Source of the DNA: a virus
IMG/VR virus record: IMGVR_UViG_3300018080_000121
Span: 32,001 to 96,000 of that record
DNA: 64,000 bases
Reading direction: 5' to 3' (one strand)
A program made the position numbers and the translations under genes. Under the pieces are notes generated by a model, which searched no databases, was not told the DNA's origin, and saw nothing but the letters and a program-made list of their open reading frames with translations. Each line of letters opens with the position of its first letter. Position 1 is the stretch's first letter. This document shows positions 46,614-56,857 of the stretch, piece by piece.

Positions 46614-49325
46614 ATGCCATCTTTGTTAAACTATAACCAGTTCTGTGAAGAACTAAAAGAAGTTACAACAACAAAGATTATTGACAAGAAGAAGTTCCAT
46701 GCTGAAGGTCTGTTCTCTGAACAGATCTTTGGTCCTGTTAAGAACTATACTTGTCAATGTGGGACATATTATGGAATCTCTGGAGCAGGTGGTACGTGTA
46801 AAGATTGTGGGGTCGACGTTGTAAATAGTAATGAACGACGTCGAAGATTTGCTAAAATTGTATTACCAATACCAGTGGTCAATCCAGTCTTTTATGATCT
46901 GTTGATTGACCTTGGTGGTAATATGATTAAAGATGCGATCACCCAATTGCTTAGAGATGAAAAAAGTGTCCTATATTGGCATGAGGATGAAGAAGAATTT
47001 AGGATCACAGATGAGGAAAATATAGAAGCTGGTACCGAGATTTTTAGAGGTACCGCTGCTGTCAAAGAAATGATCCAAGTTCTTGCAGATAAACTTGCGG
47101 AAGAAGACGCTGAGGGATGGGATATAGTTCTCGATAATATCGATCAATTGGTTATAGAATATGTCATTGTATTACCTCCGGACCTAAGACCTGCATCTAG
47201 AGGTGTTACACAAAATGACCAAGTGGTTGATAAAATCAATAGATTCTATACTCAGATCCTAACAAAGAAAGAAGCTATGAGGGATACAATTTTGGATGTC
47301 AGACGAGATCCAACTTTGTATTACAGCTATGCAAAACAACTCCAGAAGGATGTCAATGAGTTATACACGCATATTCTTGATAAGTTGTCAAAAAAGGAAG
47401 GGTTGATTCGCGGAAATATTCTTGGGAAGAGAATAGATTTCTCGGGTCGAGCTGTCATTGTGCCATCACCGACACTCAATTTTGATGAGTGCTCACTTCC
47501 GTATGCTATGTTTCTAGAATTATTCAAACTGAGAATTGCTAAAAAGTTAATTCAGTTGGAAAAATTCAAACTTCTGAATGACGCCATTGACTTTGTAGAT
47601 GAATGTATAGAGCTGAAAATTCCGGTTCTATTTAAGATCTGTGAAGAGATGGCGGAAGGTGAAGTATGTTTGTTAAATAGACAACCCTCGCTCCACAAAT
47701 TAAGCATGTTGGGATACTACATTAAAGTATCTTTGGATAATGTAATTAAGATACACCCATTGTCATGTCCACCATTCAATGCTGACTTTGATGGTGACCA
47801 GATGGCGGTATACATCCCAATCACACCGGAGTCAAAACAAGAAGTAATTGATAAACTCCTGGTTACTAGAAATTTAAGTAACCCATCAAATGGAAGTTTG
47901 TCAACTGTTCCAAGCCAAGATATGGTTCTTGGAGTTTACTCATTAACAACTGGATACTTCAAAGAATTTAGTGCCTTGATAGATTGTAAAGGAGAGCAAA
48001 TAACTGAAGGTATGAAACTTTTCAACGATTGCTTACCTGAAGATTATCCTCTTGTAAATGAGTCTGTTGGTGGAAAACGTTTGGTAGAAATACTGAACGA
48101 TATAAACACAAGATACGAACCTGAAGAAGTAATACGAGTCCTTGATAACATTAAATTTCTTGGGTTTAAGTACTCAACATTATTTGGTGCAACTCTTTCT
48201 CTGAACCATTGTTATATGGAAGAGGCGGTGAACATCAGGGAAGGGTTATATGAGAGTGACTCGATTGTTGAACAGGTGAGTAAAGTATCAGGCGATGAAA
48301 CAACTCAATTACTGAAAGACAACTTCCATTATTCTTATATGATTGAGTCTGGAGCAAGAGGTAGTTGGGATCAGGTTCGACAAATAGTCTTAACCAGAGG
48401 GTTTATCTCAAACTTTAATGGCGAGATTATTACAGAACCTATCAAGAATAGTTTCATCAGAGGATTAACCCAAAAAGAGTTCTTCAACTCTACGTATGGT
48501 AGTAGAAAAGGTCTCCTTGACGTTGCGTTGAACACTGGAACTTCAGGTTACCTTTCTAGAAAATTAATCTTCGCTTGCGCAAATCTCCAGATAGATCAAA
48601 GTTTGGATGATTGCGGAACCCAAGACTTTCTTGATGTGTATGTTGATACACCAAAGAAAGCAAAAATGTTGGTTGGTAAATGGATGAAGACTGATGGTGG
48701 ACTCATGTTAATTACCGAAGACAATTGTATGACTTTGGTCAGCGAGTTGATCCAAGTTAGGAGTCCAATCTTATGTCAATCGGAAAGATTATGTTGTAAA
48801 TGTTACGGTGAGTTGTATAAGACTCTTGATACAAGATTTGTAGGAGTTATAGCAGCGCAATCCCTTGGAGAATGTAATACTCAGTTAGTATTGAGAACAT
48901 TCCATACGAGTGGTGTAGCACAGCTAAATAAGGACAACGATGCAGAAGATATGAAGCAACAAGATATTGTTAGTGATCTATCAACTGTATCCAGACTCCT
49001 ACACCAGTTCAATAAGAGTACAAAATATGATGAGTTGACTCATAATCTTTTCACAAATTACAACCATCGACGTACAATACATCATACACATTTTGAGTGT
49101 GTTGTGTCACAGCTTATGTGGAGTGGAGTTCAAAAGTGGAGATTGGTAAAAGATCGAGACAAAGCAAAGCTTGAATTCCACAGTGTCCAGACAGTTCCAT
49201 CTTATGAATCGTGGTTGATGGGACTGGCGTTTTCAAATCCAAAGAAACACATCATTAAAGGTATCTTACATTCTGGTTTGTATAAGGGTGTAATGGACAA
49301 GATCTTATGTGGTGAAAGCGTATAA
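46614..49325 (+). CDS. rpoC: RNA polymerase 2 beta' subunit (single ORF, probable non-virion RNAP)
   Basis: GLFSEQIFGPVKNYTCQCG..CKDCG Zn ribbon, LPPDLRP, LGKRIDFSGRAVI, LNRQPSLH, NADFDGD, GSRKGLLDVALNTGTSGYLSRKL, LRTFHTSG. Confidence 0.96.
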   Translation: MPSLLNYNQFCEELKEVTTTKIIDKKKFHAEGLFSEQIFGPVKNYTCQCGTYYGISGAGGTCKDCGVDVVNSNERRRRFAKIVLPIPVVNPVFYDLLIDLGGNMIKDAITQLLRDEKSVLYWHEDEEEFRITDEENIEAGTEIFRGTAAVKEMIQVLADKLAEEDAEGWDIVLDNIDQLVIEYVIVLPPDLRPASRGVTQNDQVVDKINRFYTQILTKKEAMRDTILDVRRDPTLYYSYAKQLQKDVNELYTHILDKLSKKEGLIRGNILGKRIDFSGRAVIVPSPTLNFDECSLPYAMFLELFKLRIAKKLIQLEKFKLLNDAIDFVDECIELKIPVLFKICEEMAEGEVCLLNRQPSLHKLSMLGYYIKVSLDNVIKIHPLSCPPFNADFDGDQMAVYIPITPESKQEVIDKLLVTRNLSNPSNGSLSTVPSQDMVLGVYSLTTGYFKEFSALIDCKGEQITEGMKLFNDCLPEDYPLVNESVGGKRLVEILNDINTRYEPEEVIRVLDNIKFLGFKYSTLFGATLSLNHCYMEEAVNIREGLYESDSIVEQVSKVSGDETTQLLKDNFHYSYMIESGARGSWDQVRQIVLTRGFISNFNGEIITEPIKNSFIRGLTQKEFFNSTYGSRKGLLDVALNTGTSGYLSRKLIFACANLQIDQSLDDCGTQDFLDVYVDTPKKAKMLVGKWMKTDGGLMLITEDNCMTLVSELIQVRSPILCQSERLCCKCYGELYKTLDTRFVGVIAAQSLGECNTQLVLRTFHTSGVAQLNKDNDAEDMKQQDIVSDLSTVSRLLHQFNKSTKYDELTHNLFTNYNHRRTIHHTHFECVVSQLMWSGVQKWRLVKDRDKAKLEFHSVQTVPSYESWLMGLAFSNPKKHIIKGILHSGLYKGVMDKILCGESV

Positions 49326-49341
49326 CGAAGGAGGTTGGATC

Positions 49342-52300
49342 TTGAACATCATTAATCCGCACTACAAATTGCGTGAACAGAACATTTTCTCCATAAGAGA
49401 CCAAGAATATGCAGCGCTCCTAGAGACAGTAAGACAAATTCTAATCCCGGCTGAAGAGCTGGGATTTGAACTTACTGACTGTAGGATAAAAGATTCGAGG
49501 TTCTCAACTGGAGAGATTTCTAGAACTTTAAAACAGAACCTAGTCATTCGATTACAAAAGGGAGCGTCAAAGATTGACCTCTCAATGCAAATTCCAAAGC
49601 TCGTTGATGGGAATTATATCATCATAAACGGGAGGAAGAAAATTCCCCAATTTCAATTGTTTGATATTCCAGTTGTTACAAGGGGAAAGAGTATCAAAAT
49701 CAGGACTAATGTAGCGACAATTATGATCATTGAGCAGAAGGAAGCTCCCTTTACATACATCAGTATTCTTGGGAGAAAAGTCCCGTTGTTTCTGGTTATC
49801 TTTGGTTACTATGGAATTGAGCCTGTTGCGCAGAGGTTTAATCTTCCAACACTTCAAGTAAGCGATACCAACCTGGACACAATGTATGACCGACTGCTTT
49901 ATGACATGAAAATGTTCTATGATAGTTCTCGGGGTACTACACAAGATGATATCATCAAAGAAATTGGTAGATATTACTCAAAGTACAATGCTAGAGTTAA
50001 GGGTGAAGATTTGATGTATGCTCTTGACTTAATCCTTGATACAGATGTAATGTCTGCTTGCTTCTTTAGGACCGGGTCCATTCTAGAAGAGATTCTAGAT
50101 GTAATGCAAAACGGTCCATTGGATGATACGTTAATTACAAACAAGAGGATTCGATGTTTTGAGTATGTCATCCTCGCAAAGGTCTCTAAAGCTGTATTTG
50201 ATCTCTGTATGTCAAATCGTACAGCTAGACAACCGAAATTCAATGTAAACTCAACTGCGATTTTATCTGAGTGTAATGTATCGGATATAGTCCAGTTTGA
50301 CTTTTCTATTAATCCAATCGACGAGCTGACCAAACTAAGTAGAACTAGTCTTGTAGGTCCTGGTGGTTTTAACAGACAAAATGTACCAGAGCATCTAAGA
50401 GATATTATGCCTACAATGTTTGGACGGTTATGTCCAGTTGACACACCTGACCGAGATAATTGTGGAGTTCTCCAGAACTTAGTTCCAAATGCAATTTTAG
50501 ATGACAATTTAAAGTTTTCTGAAGAGTATTTGGAGAAACAACCAATCTCAATAGCGGTGTCAATGGTTCCATTTCTTGAGCACGATGACCAAACTCGACT
50601 CCAGATGTCAGCTTCACAGATGCGTCAAAGTATTATGTTAAAGAACTTCGACCAACCAATGATCCAGTCTGGTTGTGAAGGGTTGTATACAGACAAGACA
50701 CAATTTGTAAAGGTAGCAAAGAAAAATGGAGAAGTCGTACATCTCGATCACAACTATCTCATCTTGCTTTATGATGACAAGACCGTAGATATATTCGATA
50801 TCTCATATCGAAAGATTTACATCTCAAACCTTGATGTATACAAAGTTTATGTACAACAAGGGGATAAAGTCAAAGCAGGAGATATTCTGGCTGAGAGTTA
50901 TTTTACAGATAATGGAAAGATTAACATTGGTAAAAACCTGTTAACTGCTGTTGCGGAATACTATGGGTATAACTATGAGGATGGAATTGTCCTATCTGAT
51001 AGAGTTGTAAAAGAGGGAATGTTCACATCTGTACATTTCATAGATTTATCCTTTACCCTTCCGCCAAATAAAGTTCTCCTAAGTCTTTCACAAGATGAGT
51101 ATAAACCCCTTCCAGGTGTAAGGGAAAGGGTTTCTAAAGGAGAACCATATATGATTACCAAGGAAATGCCTTCTATACAGATGGATTACAAAAGCATTTT
51201 TAAGAAGGAACGTCCGGTATTAGCTAAATCGGATATGATTATCACCGAGGTAAACATGTTTGCAAACTCATGGAATAAAGAAATACCACAGTTTGATAAA
51301 TGGATGGAAAAGAAGTTAACGCAACAGCAAAAGCAAGAAGAGAAAATTGCTAACATCGTTGGGGAATATCTTTCCAAAGAAGATACAACTAGATTCGTAA
51401 GGGATCATGATCTTGCGAAATATGGAAATATTGGAAAGTATAAATTCAAAGGTGAATACATTAACGGTGTCCGAGTAGAGATGTTTGGAATCTTCTTCCG
51501 ACCAATCCAAATCGGTGACAAAATTGGAAATCGTCATGGGAATAAGGGAGTTGTATCTACTATTGTACCACAAGAGAAAATGCCACAACTACCTGATGGG
51601 CGACACGTAGATATTTGTATTAATCCGCTTGGTATTATAAGCCGGATGAATATTGGGCAAGTTTATGAACTCCATTTAGGCATGGCTCTATATGACTTGA
51701 GGGAAACTCTGAAAGCAATTCTTGATGGACGGGAAAAGAATTCAGCAGAATTAGATGACGCAAAACGTCAAGAACTTGCAAAAAGATTTCTCCTTGGATT
51801 TATTGAGTTGGTTGATAAAACTGACGAACATTGGTATTATGACCAATATGTAGAACATCTTCCAGAAACTATCGACGAGAAGTTTATTGATAACATTGTT
51901 CTCCTACAACCTCCATTTGAGTCGATGAATATGTCTGAGATGAAGGAAGCATTGGAGTACACAGGCACAAAGTTTGAGTACCCACTATTTGAACCGATGG
52001 CTGGACAGAACATTCAGAATGAGATTGCTGTGGGTTATTTGTACTTCTTTAAGATGGTACACATTGCTGAGACTCGTCTTGCTGCAAGAGGAATTGGATC
52101 CTACACAAGGAAGACACTTCAACCTTTAGCAGGAAGAAAGAATCGAGGCGGTCAGAGAATGGGTGAAATGGAAACAGGGTGTCTCATTGGACATGACGCT
52201 CCAGTTAACTTAGCAGAATGTCTGACAACCAAGTCAGATTGTACTGATAAGAAGAACCAATATATCCGAGATGAAATTGACACGGGTATGAAACTGGAAG

Positions 52301-52374
52301 AGGAAGGTGACAATGTAGCAGAATCTGTCAAACTTCTGAAAGCGTATCTTACGACAATAGGAGTAAGGATGTGA
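49342..52374 (+). CDS. rpoB: RNA polymerase 2 beta subunit (single ORF)
   Basis: TTG start after AGGAGG (ORF track from 49309); [68 protein letters not shown]. Confidence 0.96.
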   Translation: MNIINPHYKLREQNIFSIRDQEYAALLETVRQILIPAEELGFELTDCRIKDSRFSTGEISRTLKQNLVIRLQKGASKIDLSMQIPKLVDGNYIIINGRKKIPQFQLFDIPVVTRGKSIKIRTNVATIMIIEQKEAPFTYISILGRKVPLFLVIFGYYGIEPVAQRFNLPTLQVSDTNLDTMYDRLLYDMKMFYDSSRGTTQDDIIKEIGRYYSKYNARVKGEDLMYALDLILDTDVMSACFFRTGSILEEILDVMQNGPLDDTLITNKRIRCFEYVILAKVSKAVFDLCMSNRTARQPKFNVNSTAILSECNVSDIVQFDFSINPIDELTKLSRTSLVGPGGFNRQNVPEHLRDIMPTMFGRLCPVDTPDRDNCGVLQNLVPNAILDDNLKFSEEYLEKQPISIAVSMVPFLEHDDQTRLQMSASQMRQSIMLKNFDQPMIQSGCEGLYTDKTQFVKVAKKNGEVVHLDHNYLILLYDDKTVDIFDISYRKIYISNLDVYKVYVQQGDKVKAGDILAESYFTDNGKINIGKNLLTAVAEYYGYNYEDGIVLSDRVVKEGMFTSVHFIDLSFTLPPNKVLLSLSQDEYKPLPGVRERVSKGEPYMITKEMPSIQMDYKSIFKKERPVLAKSDMIITEVNMFANSWNKEIPQFDKWMEKKLTQQQKQEEKIANIVGEYLSKEDTTRFVRDHDLAKYGNIGKYKFKGEYINGVRVEMFGIFFRPIQIGDKIGNRHGNKGVVSTIVPQEKMPQLPDGRHVDICINPLGIISRMNIGQVYELHLGMALYDLRETLKAILDGREKNSAELDDAKRQELAKRFLLGFIELVDKTDEHWYYDQYVEHLPETIDEKFIDNIVLLQPPFESMNMSEMKEALEYTGTKFEYPLFEPMAGQNIQNEIAVGYLYFFKMVHIAETRLAARGIGSYTRKTLQPLAGRKNRGGQRMGEMETGCLIGHDAPVNLAECLTTKSDCTDKKNQYIRDEIDTGMKLEEEGDNVAESVKLLKAYLTTIGVRM

Positions 52375-52832
52375 ACAATTTGAGAAATTGTCCGGACTGT
52401 GGAGTAAAACCTGGCCAGATTCATAAAGACAATTGTGACGTCGAAAGATGCTCTGTCTGTGGGGGTCAAACTCTTACTTGTGGTGGATGTGGTGGCCATG
52501 ATATGGAGTTTGCAAAATGGACAGGGATCTGGCCAGGCGCAGCTGAAAGTGAATTTTTAGGAATTAATCTAAACGAATTTTACGAAAGAGGATATCATAA
52601 AATCTTCTTTGTGAAAGCTGAAGTTCAATATTATGAGGGGAAGGGTTTTCGAGAACAGCATTTCGATTACCCTCTAAATATTGAACAACGACTGAAGGGA
52701 GGTTGTGAAACTAATGAGAAGAGCCATCTATGCAGGGAGCTTCGATCCAGCAACGATGGGTCACATATGGATGATCAAGGAGGGTGCTCGGTTGTTCGAC
52801 GAACTGATAGTAGTGATCGGGGACAATCCTGA
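52371..52832 (+). CDS. Cys-rich hypothetical protein (multiple CxxC)
   Basis: [41 protein letters not shown]; 3' end runs into coaD. Confidence 0.65.
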   Translation: MNNLRNCPDCGVKPGQIHKDNCDVERCSVCGGQTLTCGGCGGHDMEFAKWTGIWPGAAESEFLGINLNEFYERGYHKIFFVKAEVQYYEGKGFREQHFDYPLNIEQRLKGGCETNEKSHLCRELRSSNDGSHMDDQGGCSVVRRTDSSDRGQS

Positions 52833-53202
52833 GAAAACGTATATGTTCTCAGAAGAAGAGAGGCTCCATATCTTACAAGTGTGCACTGAAAGTATACCAA
52901 ACGTATCTATTAAGTTCTTAAGGAAGAAGTATCTAGCAGATTTTGCGAAGTACGAAGCAGCATATTATCTATTGCGGGGTATAAGATCCTCAAGTGATTA
53001 TGCTTATGAGAAAATCATGAGATATATCAATGAGGATCTGCACCCAGCATTAGTGACTGTATTTCTCATCCCTCCAAAAGAATATGTTGAAGTAAGCTCC
53101 AGTCTGATTAAGGGATTGGTTGGTCCTGAGGGATGGGAGAGTGTTACAGCTAGGTATCTTCCTGCAGTTGCACATACGATGTTAAAGGAGAAGGTGAAAT
53201 GA
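52705..53202 (+). CDS. coaD: Phosphopantetheine adenylyltransferase
   Basis: [34 protein letters not shown]...[11 protein letters not shown]. Confidence 0.92.
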   Translation: MKLMRRAIYAGSFDPATMGHIWMIKEGARLFDELIVVIGDNPEKTYMFSEEERLHILQVCTESIPNVSIKFLRKKYLADFAKYEAAYYLLRGIRSSSDYAYEKIMRYINEDLHPALVTVFLIPPKEYVEVSSSLIKGLVGPEGWESVTARYLPAVAHTMLKEKVK

Positions 53203-53579
53203 TTGAAATGTTTCAGCATACAACAGAACAGCTTGAACGTGATTATGACTCTGTTAAGACAGCAATAGTTCTTGCGTTGGTTAACGAGGGTTATATGACA
53301 CAAGATGAGGCCGACGAATGGTGCACAACACATACAATCATTCTTCGAAAGAAAAGCATCTTTCGTACCTTTACAAATAGGTTTAAGAAAAAGAAGGGTG
53401 TAGAAAAAGGACAATATATGCTAGTTGTAAAACTAGTAGAACCAAAGGAGGAAAAGGATGCAGAAAGACATAACGGAGGGAACGATGAAGCTTCCGGACA
53501 TACAAACCTCAAAACCAAAGATTCAAAGACCTCTTCGTCAAGTGGGAGTGGAGAGTGTTGTGGTACCATTTTCCCTTGA
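53199..53579 (+). CDS. Hypothetical protein
   Basis: 126-aa ORF with AAGGAG RBS; 3' end overlaps folE2. Confidence 0.6.
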   Translation: MIEMFQHTTEQLERDYDSVKTAIVLALVNEGYMTQDEADEWCTTHTIILRKKSIFRTFTNRFKKKKGVEKGQYMLVVKLVEPKEEKDAERHNGGNDEASGHTNLKTKDSKTSSSSGSGECCGTIFP

Positions 53580-54351
53580 ACTGAAATCTGGGGGATTTAG
53601 ATCGATGGCGGCGAATGTTTCTATGAGAACAAACCTTGACTCTGACGTCAAAGGAATCTCAATGTCGAGGTTGATTCGGACTCTTCGTAAATATTTAGAT
53701 CTGCCCTTGAAGAAAAAATTGATAAGACAGATCTTATCAGACTTAAATAGGAATGTGGGTACAACGAAAAGTTATATGAGATTTGATTTTGAACTTCCAC
53801 TTCCTAGAAAGTCGGCGAAGTCAGATTACCAATTCCCAATCTTTCATAAGTGTATGTTTGAAGGTCATTTAGTTCCGGACGTGGATAGCTTTGATGGAGA
53901 TAAGTTCCGATTCTTTCAAGGTGTAACAGTCCAATATGCGAGTTACTGTCCATGTTCTGCTGAGTTATGTGCAGATTTAAACTCAAGGGGAAGAGTAGGT
54001 TTTCCACATGCTCAGAGGTCCTTCGCTCATATCGTTACTGAGAAAGAGATGAATGGTGATCACTACGTTTGGTTGGAGGATATAATTGATTGCGTAACTA
54101 AAGCGATCCCGACGATTCCATACCCAATAATCAAACGTGAAGATGAACAAGAAATAGCAAGGATCGCAGGTGCAAATCCGATCTTCGTGGAAGATGCTAT
54201 CCGAGCAATAAGTGAGCAATTAGACGCTCTGCCGGGTGTTCGCGACTGGATAGTTAAGTGTATTCATGAGGAAAGTATTCACACCAGCGAAGCAATTGCG
54301 GTTAATTGGAAAGGTATAGACGGTGGGTTTAATTACCGATCCTTTCTTTAG
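53485..54351 (+). CDS. folE2: GTP cyclohydrolase I type B (FolE2)
   Basis: LPDIQ, LRQVGV, KGISMSRL, SYCPCS, PHAQRS, EDEQ, NPIFVEDAIR, HEESIHTSEA. Confidence 0.93.
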   Translation: MKLPDIQTSKPKIQRPLRQVGVESVVVPFSLELKSGGFRSMAANVSMRTNLDSDVKGISMSRLIRTLRKYLDLPLKKKLIRQILSDLNRNVGTTKSYMRFDFELPLPRKSAKSDYQFPIFHKCMFEGHLVPDVDSFDGDKFRFFQGVTVQYASYCPCSAELCADLNSRGRVGFPHAQRSFAHIVTEKEMNGDHYVWLEDIIDCVTKAIPTIPYPIIKREDEQEIARIAGANPIFVEDAIRAISEQLDALPGVRDWIVKCIHEESIHTSEAIAVNWKGIDGGFNYRSFL

Positions 54352-54359
54352 GAGATGAA

Positions 54360-55022
54360 ATGATGATAGGGGAATATAGTTTAGGGTCTTTAATAGATCC
54401 GAGTAAAATCAAAGAAAAAGAACTGATTCTGATTTTGAAAGAACTTGAGAATCGGAATTGTTGGATTTGTACAGACCCGGTTACCTCTTTGAAGAACCCT
54501 AAATGTGGAGATGATTGTTGGTTCACGTCAAAGAGTAATTGTTATCCAGACAAACCATTTACGAAAGGAAATAGAATTGGTTGTCGAAGTAAATTTGCTG
54601 AACTCCTTGGAATTGATAAACTCGTCCAGGAAGTGGGAAGATCACAATTAGTATATCTTTTCAAGCATCTGGAGCTTGGATGGAGAATGCCTCAAAAACC
54701 GCAAATTGATATATTCGGCAACGAATGTGATCCAGATAAACCTTGGATACTCCATCATTATATACATCGATTTGATGATCTACATCAAGTGAGATGTACC
54801 TGGAGAGAACATAAAACGTTAGATGCAATGTGCAGACGAGGCGACTTAACTCTGATAAACATATTGCTCAAGACGAGAGAACGTAGTCCGGATTTAGAAC
54901 CAGGAGTAATCCTATCAAAATCACAACGAGAAGAGTATTACAGGTGTTGGAAACAAAATGGCAACGGCGTCTGGGGTTTGAAGGAAAACAAAGTTGATGT
55001 ATTCCAGAATCTCTGGAAATAA
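54360..55022 (+). CDS. Cys/His-rich protein, possibly HNH-like endonuclease
   Basis: CWIC..C..C..C; ILHH..DD..VRCTWREHK. Confidence 0.45.
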   Translation: MMIGEYSLGSLIDPSKIKEKELILILKELENRNCWICTDPVTSLKNPKCGDDCWFTSKSNCYPDKPFTKGNRIGCRSKFAELLGIDKLVQEVGRSQLVYLFKHLELGWRMPQKPQIDIFGNECDPDKPWILHHYIHRFDDLHQVRCTWREHKTLDAMCRRGDLTLINILLKTRERSPDLEPGVILSKSQREEYYRCWKQNGNGVWGLKENKVDVFQNLWK

Positions 55023-55034
55023 GAAGAGGGTGAA

Positions 55035-55289
55035 ATGATAAAACTATGGGGAGTTATACTTATAGTCAATGCATTCTCTCTTGGTCTGTTTGCGTCAGTA
55101 AATAACTGGGGTAGATGGAGCGGAATCTGCGCTGGTCTCCTTGTAGGTGTGGGTGTAAATATAATCCTCATGGATATTGGAGTATGGAAGTCACTTGAGA
55201 GAAAAATTTTCAAATGGTTGGACAAGATCCAATTTGAAAAGAGAATGAAGTTTTACTGGTTGGTCGCAAAAGAATTTTTCAAACCATAG
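55035..55289 (+). CDS. Small membrane protein
   Basis: Two hydrophobic helices. Confidence 0.6.
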   Translation: MIKLWGVILIVNAFSLGLFASVNNWGRWSGICAGLLVGVGVNIILMDIGVWKSLERKIFKWLDKIQFEKRMKFYWLVAKEFFKP

Positions 55290-55292
55290 GAG

Positions 55293-55583
55293 GTGGAAAT
55301 GGACATTGTAGATAAACTGTCAAAGGGAACCATCAAAACGTGGGAATGGTCTTGGAGAACTGTAGGTAACATATGGAATGGGTGGCCGCAACACAAAAAA
55401 GTTGGTGCTATAATCATCGTAACGGGCATAGTACTTGGGGTTCTGGTCTCAATACTTTTGGTCAATCGAGTGATTGGATCTTTCCTTGCAGGTATTGTAG
55501 CTGGACTGGGCATCCAAATGTTTATGGGGGATCAGAAAAATGAACAAAAAGATGCGCTTGGGTCTGATATTGATGCTTGTTAG
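55293..55583 (+). CDS. Small membrane protein
   Basis: Two hydrophobic helices; GGAGGTG RBS. Confidence 0.6.
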   Translation: MEMDIVDKLSKGTIKTWEWSWRTVGNIWNGWPQHKKVGAIIIVTGIVLGVLVSILLVNRVIGSFLAGIVAGLGIQMFMGDQKNEQKDALGSDIDAC

Positions 55584-55695
55584 TATTCCAACTGGGACAT
55601 ATGGTATGTTGGAGATAGATCCAATTTATTTAGTTTCGGGACTTCTCTTTGGAGTTGGCGCCTATCTCTTATATAAGGGAGGTGGTAATCGGTGA
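55540..55695 (+). CDS. Small membrane protein (51 aa)
   Basis: Hand-translated MNKKMRLGLILMLVSIPTGTYGMLEIDPIYLVSGLLFGVGAYLLYKGGGNR. Confidence 0.5.
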   Translation: MNKKMRLGLILMLVSIPTGTYGMLEIDPIYLVSGLLFGVGAYLLYKGGGNR

Positions 55696-56015
55696 TGTTG
55701 ACTGGAAGACCAACATATAACACTTTCTTGGACAAAATCACCAAAGCTGATCTACTCATTGAGATTACAGATGGTGAAGCAAGAATTATTAAAAATCGTC
55801 GGGGTCACACTGAAAAATTCAACACAAATGACATTGTAGAGTTGATTATGCATGTGTTTAGTATTGACTTGGGAATTGACTTCTTTACGGATGCTTTTAA
55901 AGTTGATCTTGGAGAAACATTCACAGAGTTGATGGTCAGACATATGCCTGAAGGGAGTGGTCGAGATAAAAAATGTACTGCGATTAGAAAATTATGGAAT
56001 CCCAATAGGGTCTGA
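55692..56015 (+). CDS. Hypothetical protein
   Basis: 107-aa ORF with GGAGGTG RBS. Confidence 0.55.
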   Translation: MMLTGRPTYNTFLDKITKADLLIEITDGEARIIKNRRGHTEKFNTNDIVELIMHVFSIDLGIDFFTDAFKVDLGETFTELMVRHMPEGSGRDKKCTAIRKLWNPNRV

Positions 56016-56355
56016 TCAATGGGATGTTTGTCAACCTTATGGAAATAGGATGTTAAAATGGAATCCAGAACCGTACGAGTATAGATTTCAATACAAATGG
56101 GTTGAACCAAATTCACATCCTAATCTAAATATCCAGCAAGGTGATATCATTAAAATATCTAGACATTTGGATAAACCACGATACGCACAGGGACAATATG
56201 GTGTGATCATTGATAGATACGTACGAGAGAAATACAAAGGTACTACTTATCGAGATCACTGTTTTGTAATCATGTTGATTTCAGGTCCTAACAAGGGACA
56301 CGCATTCAGATTTCCTGCTAGCAAAGGTGGGAAAATTGAGAAGACTGTCTTCTAG
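55957..56355 (+). CDS. Hypothetical protein with KOW/SH3-like C-terminus
   Basis: IQQGDIIKI..GQYGVII. Confidence 0.55.
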   Translation: MVEIKNVLRLENYGIPIGSDQWDVCQPYGNRMLKWNPEPYEYRFQYKWVEPNSHPNLNIQQGDIIKISRHLDKPRYAQGQYGVIIDRYVREKYKGTTYRDHCFVIMLISGPNKGHAFRFPASKGGKIEKTVF

Positions 56356-56365
56356 GAGGAATTGA

Positions 56366-56857
56366 ATGGAAGTCAAAAAAATCTACTTGGGTTATCCTCA
56401 GTATTACTCTATGTTATTTGAGTTTCTGAGGAGAAAATATGAAAAGGAAGTTACAGCGTGGGGGGTTTATCCGAAACCAAAATTCGTCCACGGTATACCA
56501 AGAGGTGGAGTTGCTATCGCTCTTCATCTATCCCATGCTCTTGGTCTTGAGTATGTAGAAAAGTTTGCAGATATTCTATATACGCATAGAGATGGTGTTA
56601 TTTATACTCTTACAGAAGAGGATAAGAAATACCTCCTTGTTGTGGATGATGTATCTGACACCGGTAAGACATTTCTTGAGTTCTTTGAATGTATGAACCA
56701 CAAAAGATTTCTTACCTTTACTTTATACGTGAAACCCCACACGAAATACTTTCCAACGATGTACTGTGAAGAAACAAGTGATTGGATTGTATTTCCTTGG
56801 GAAAAAGTTGATGAAAAACCTAATAGGGAAATGTATGAGCACTTAGGAGGAGAATGA
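56366..56857 (+). CDS. Type I phosphoribosyltransferase (Gpt/Hpt-like)
   Basis: GIPRGG, LLVVDDVSDTGKT (PRPP loop), WIVFPWE. Confidence 0.9.
   Translation: MEVKKIYLGYPQYYSMLFEFLRRKYEKEVTAWGVYPKPKFVHGIPRGGVAIALHLSHALGLEYVEKFADILYTHRDGVIYTLTEEDKKYLLVVDDVSDTGKTFLEFFECMNHKRFLTFTLYVKPHTKYFPTMYCEETSDWIVFPWEKVDEKPNREMYEHLGGE

Noticed and set aside
22588-53579. Long 3' overlaps of small ORFs into MoxR, queD, coaD and folE2 (about 95-130 nt) as a recoding signal
   Set aside because: Tails look like neutral off-frame read-through; no slippery site or shared signal found.
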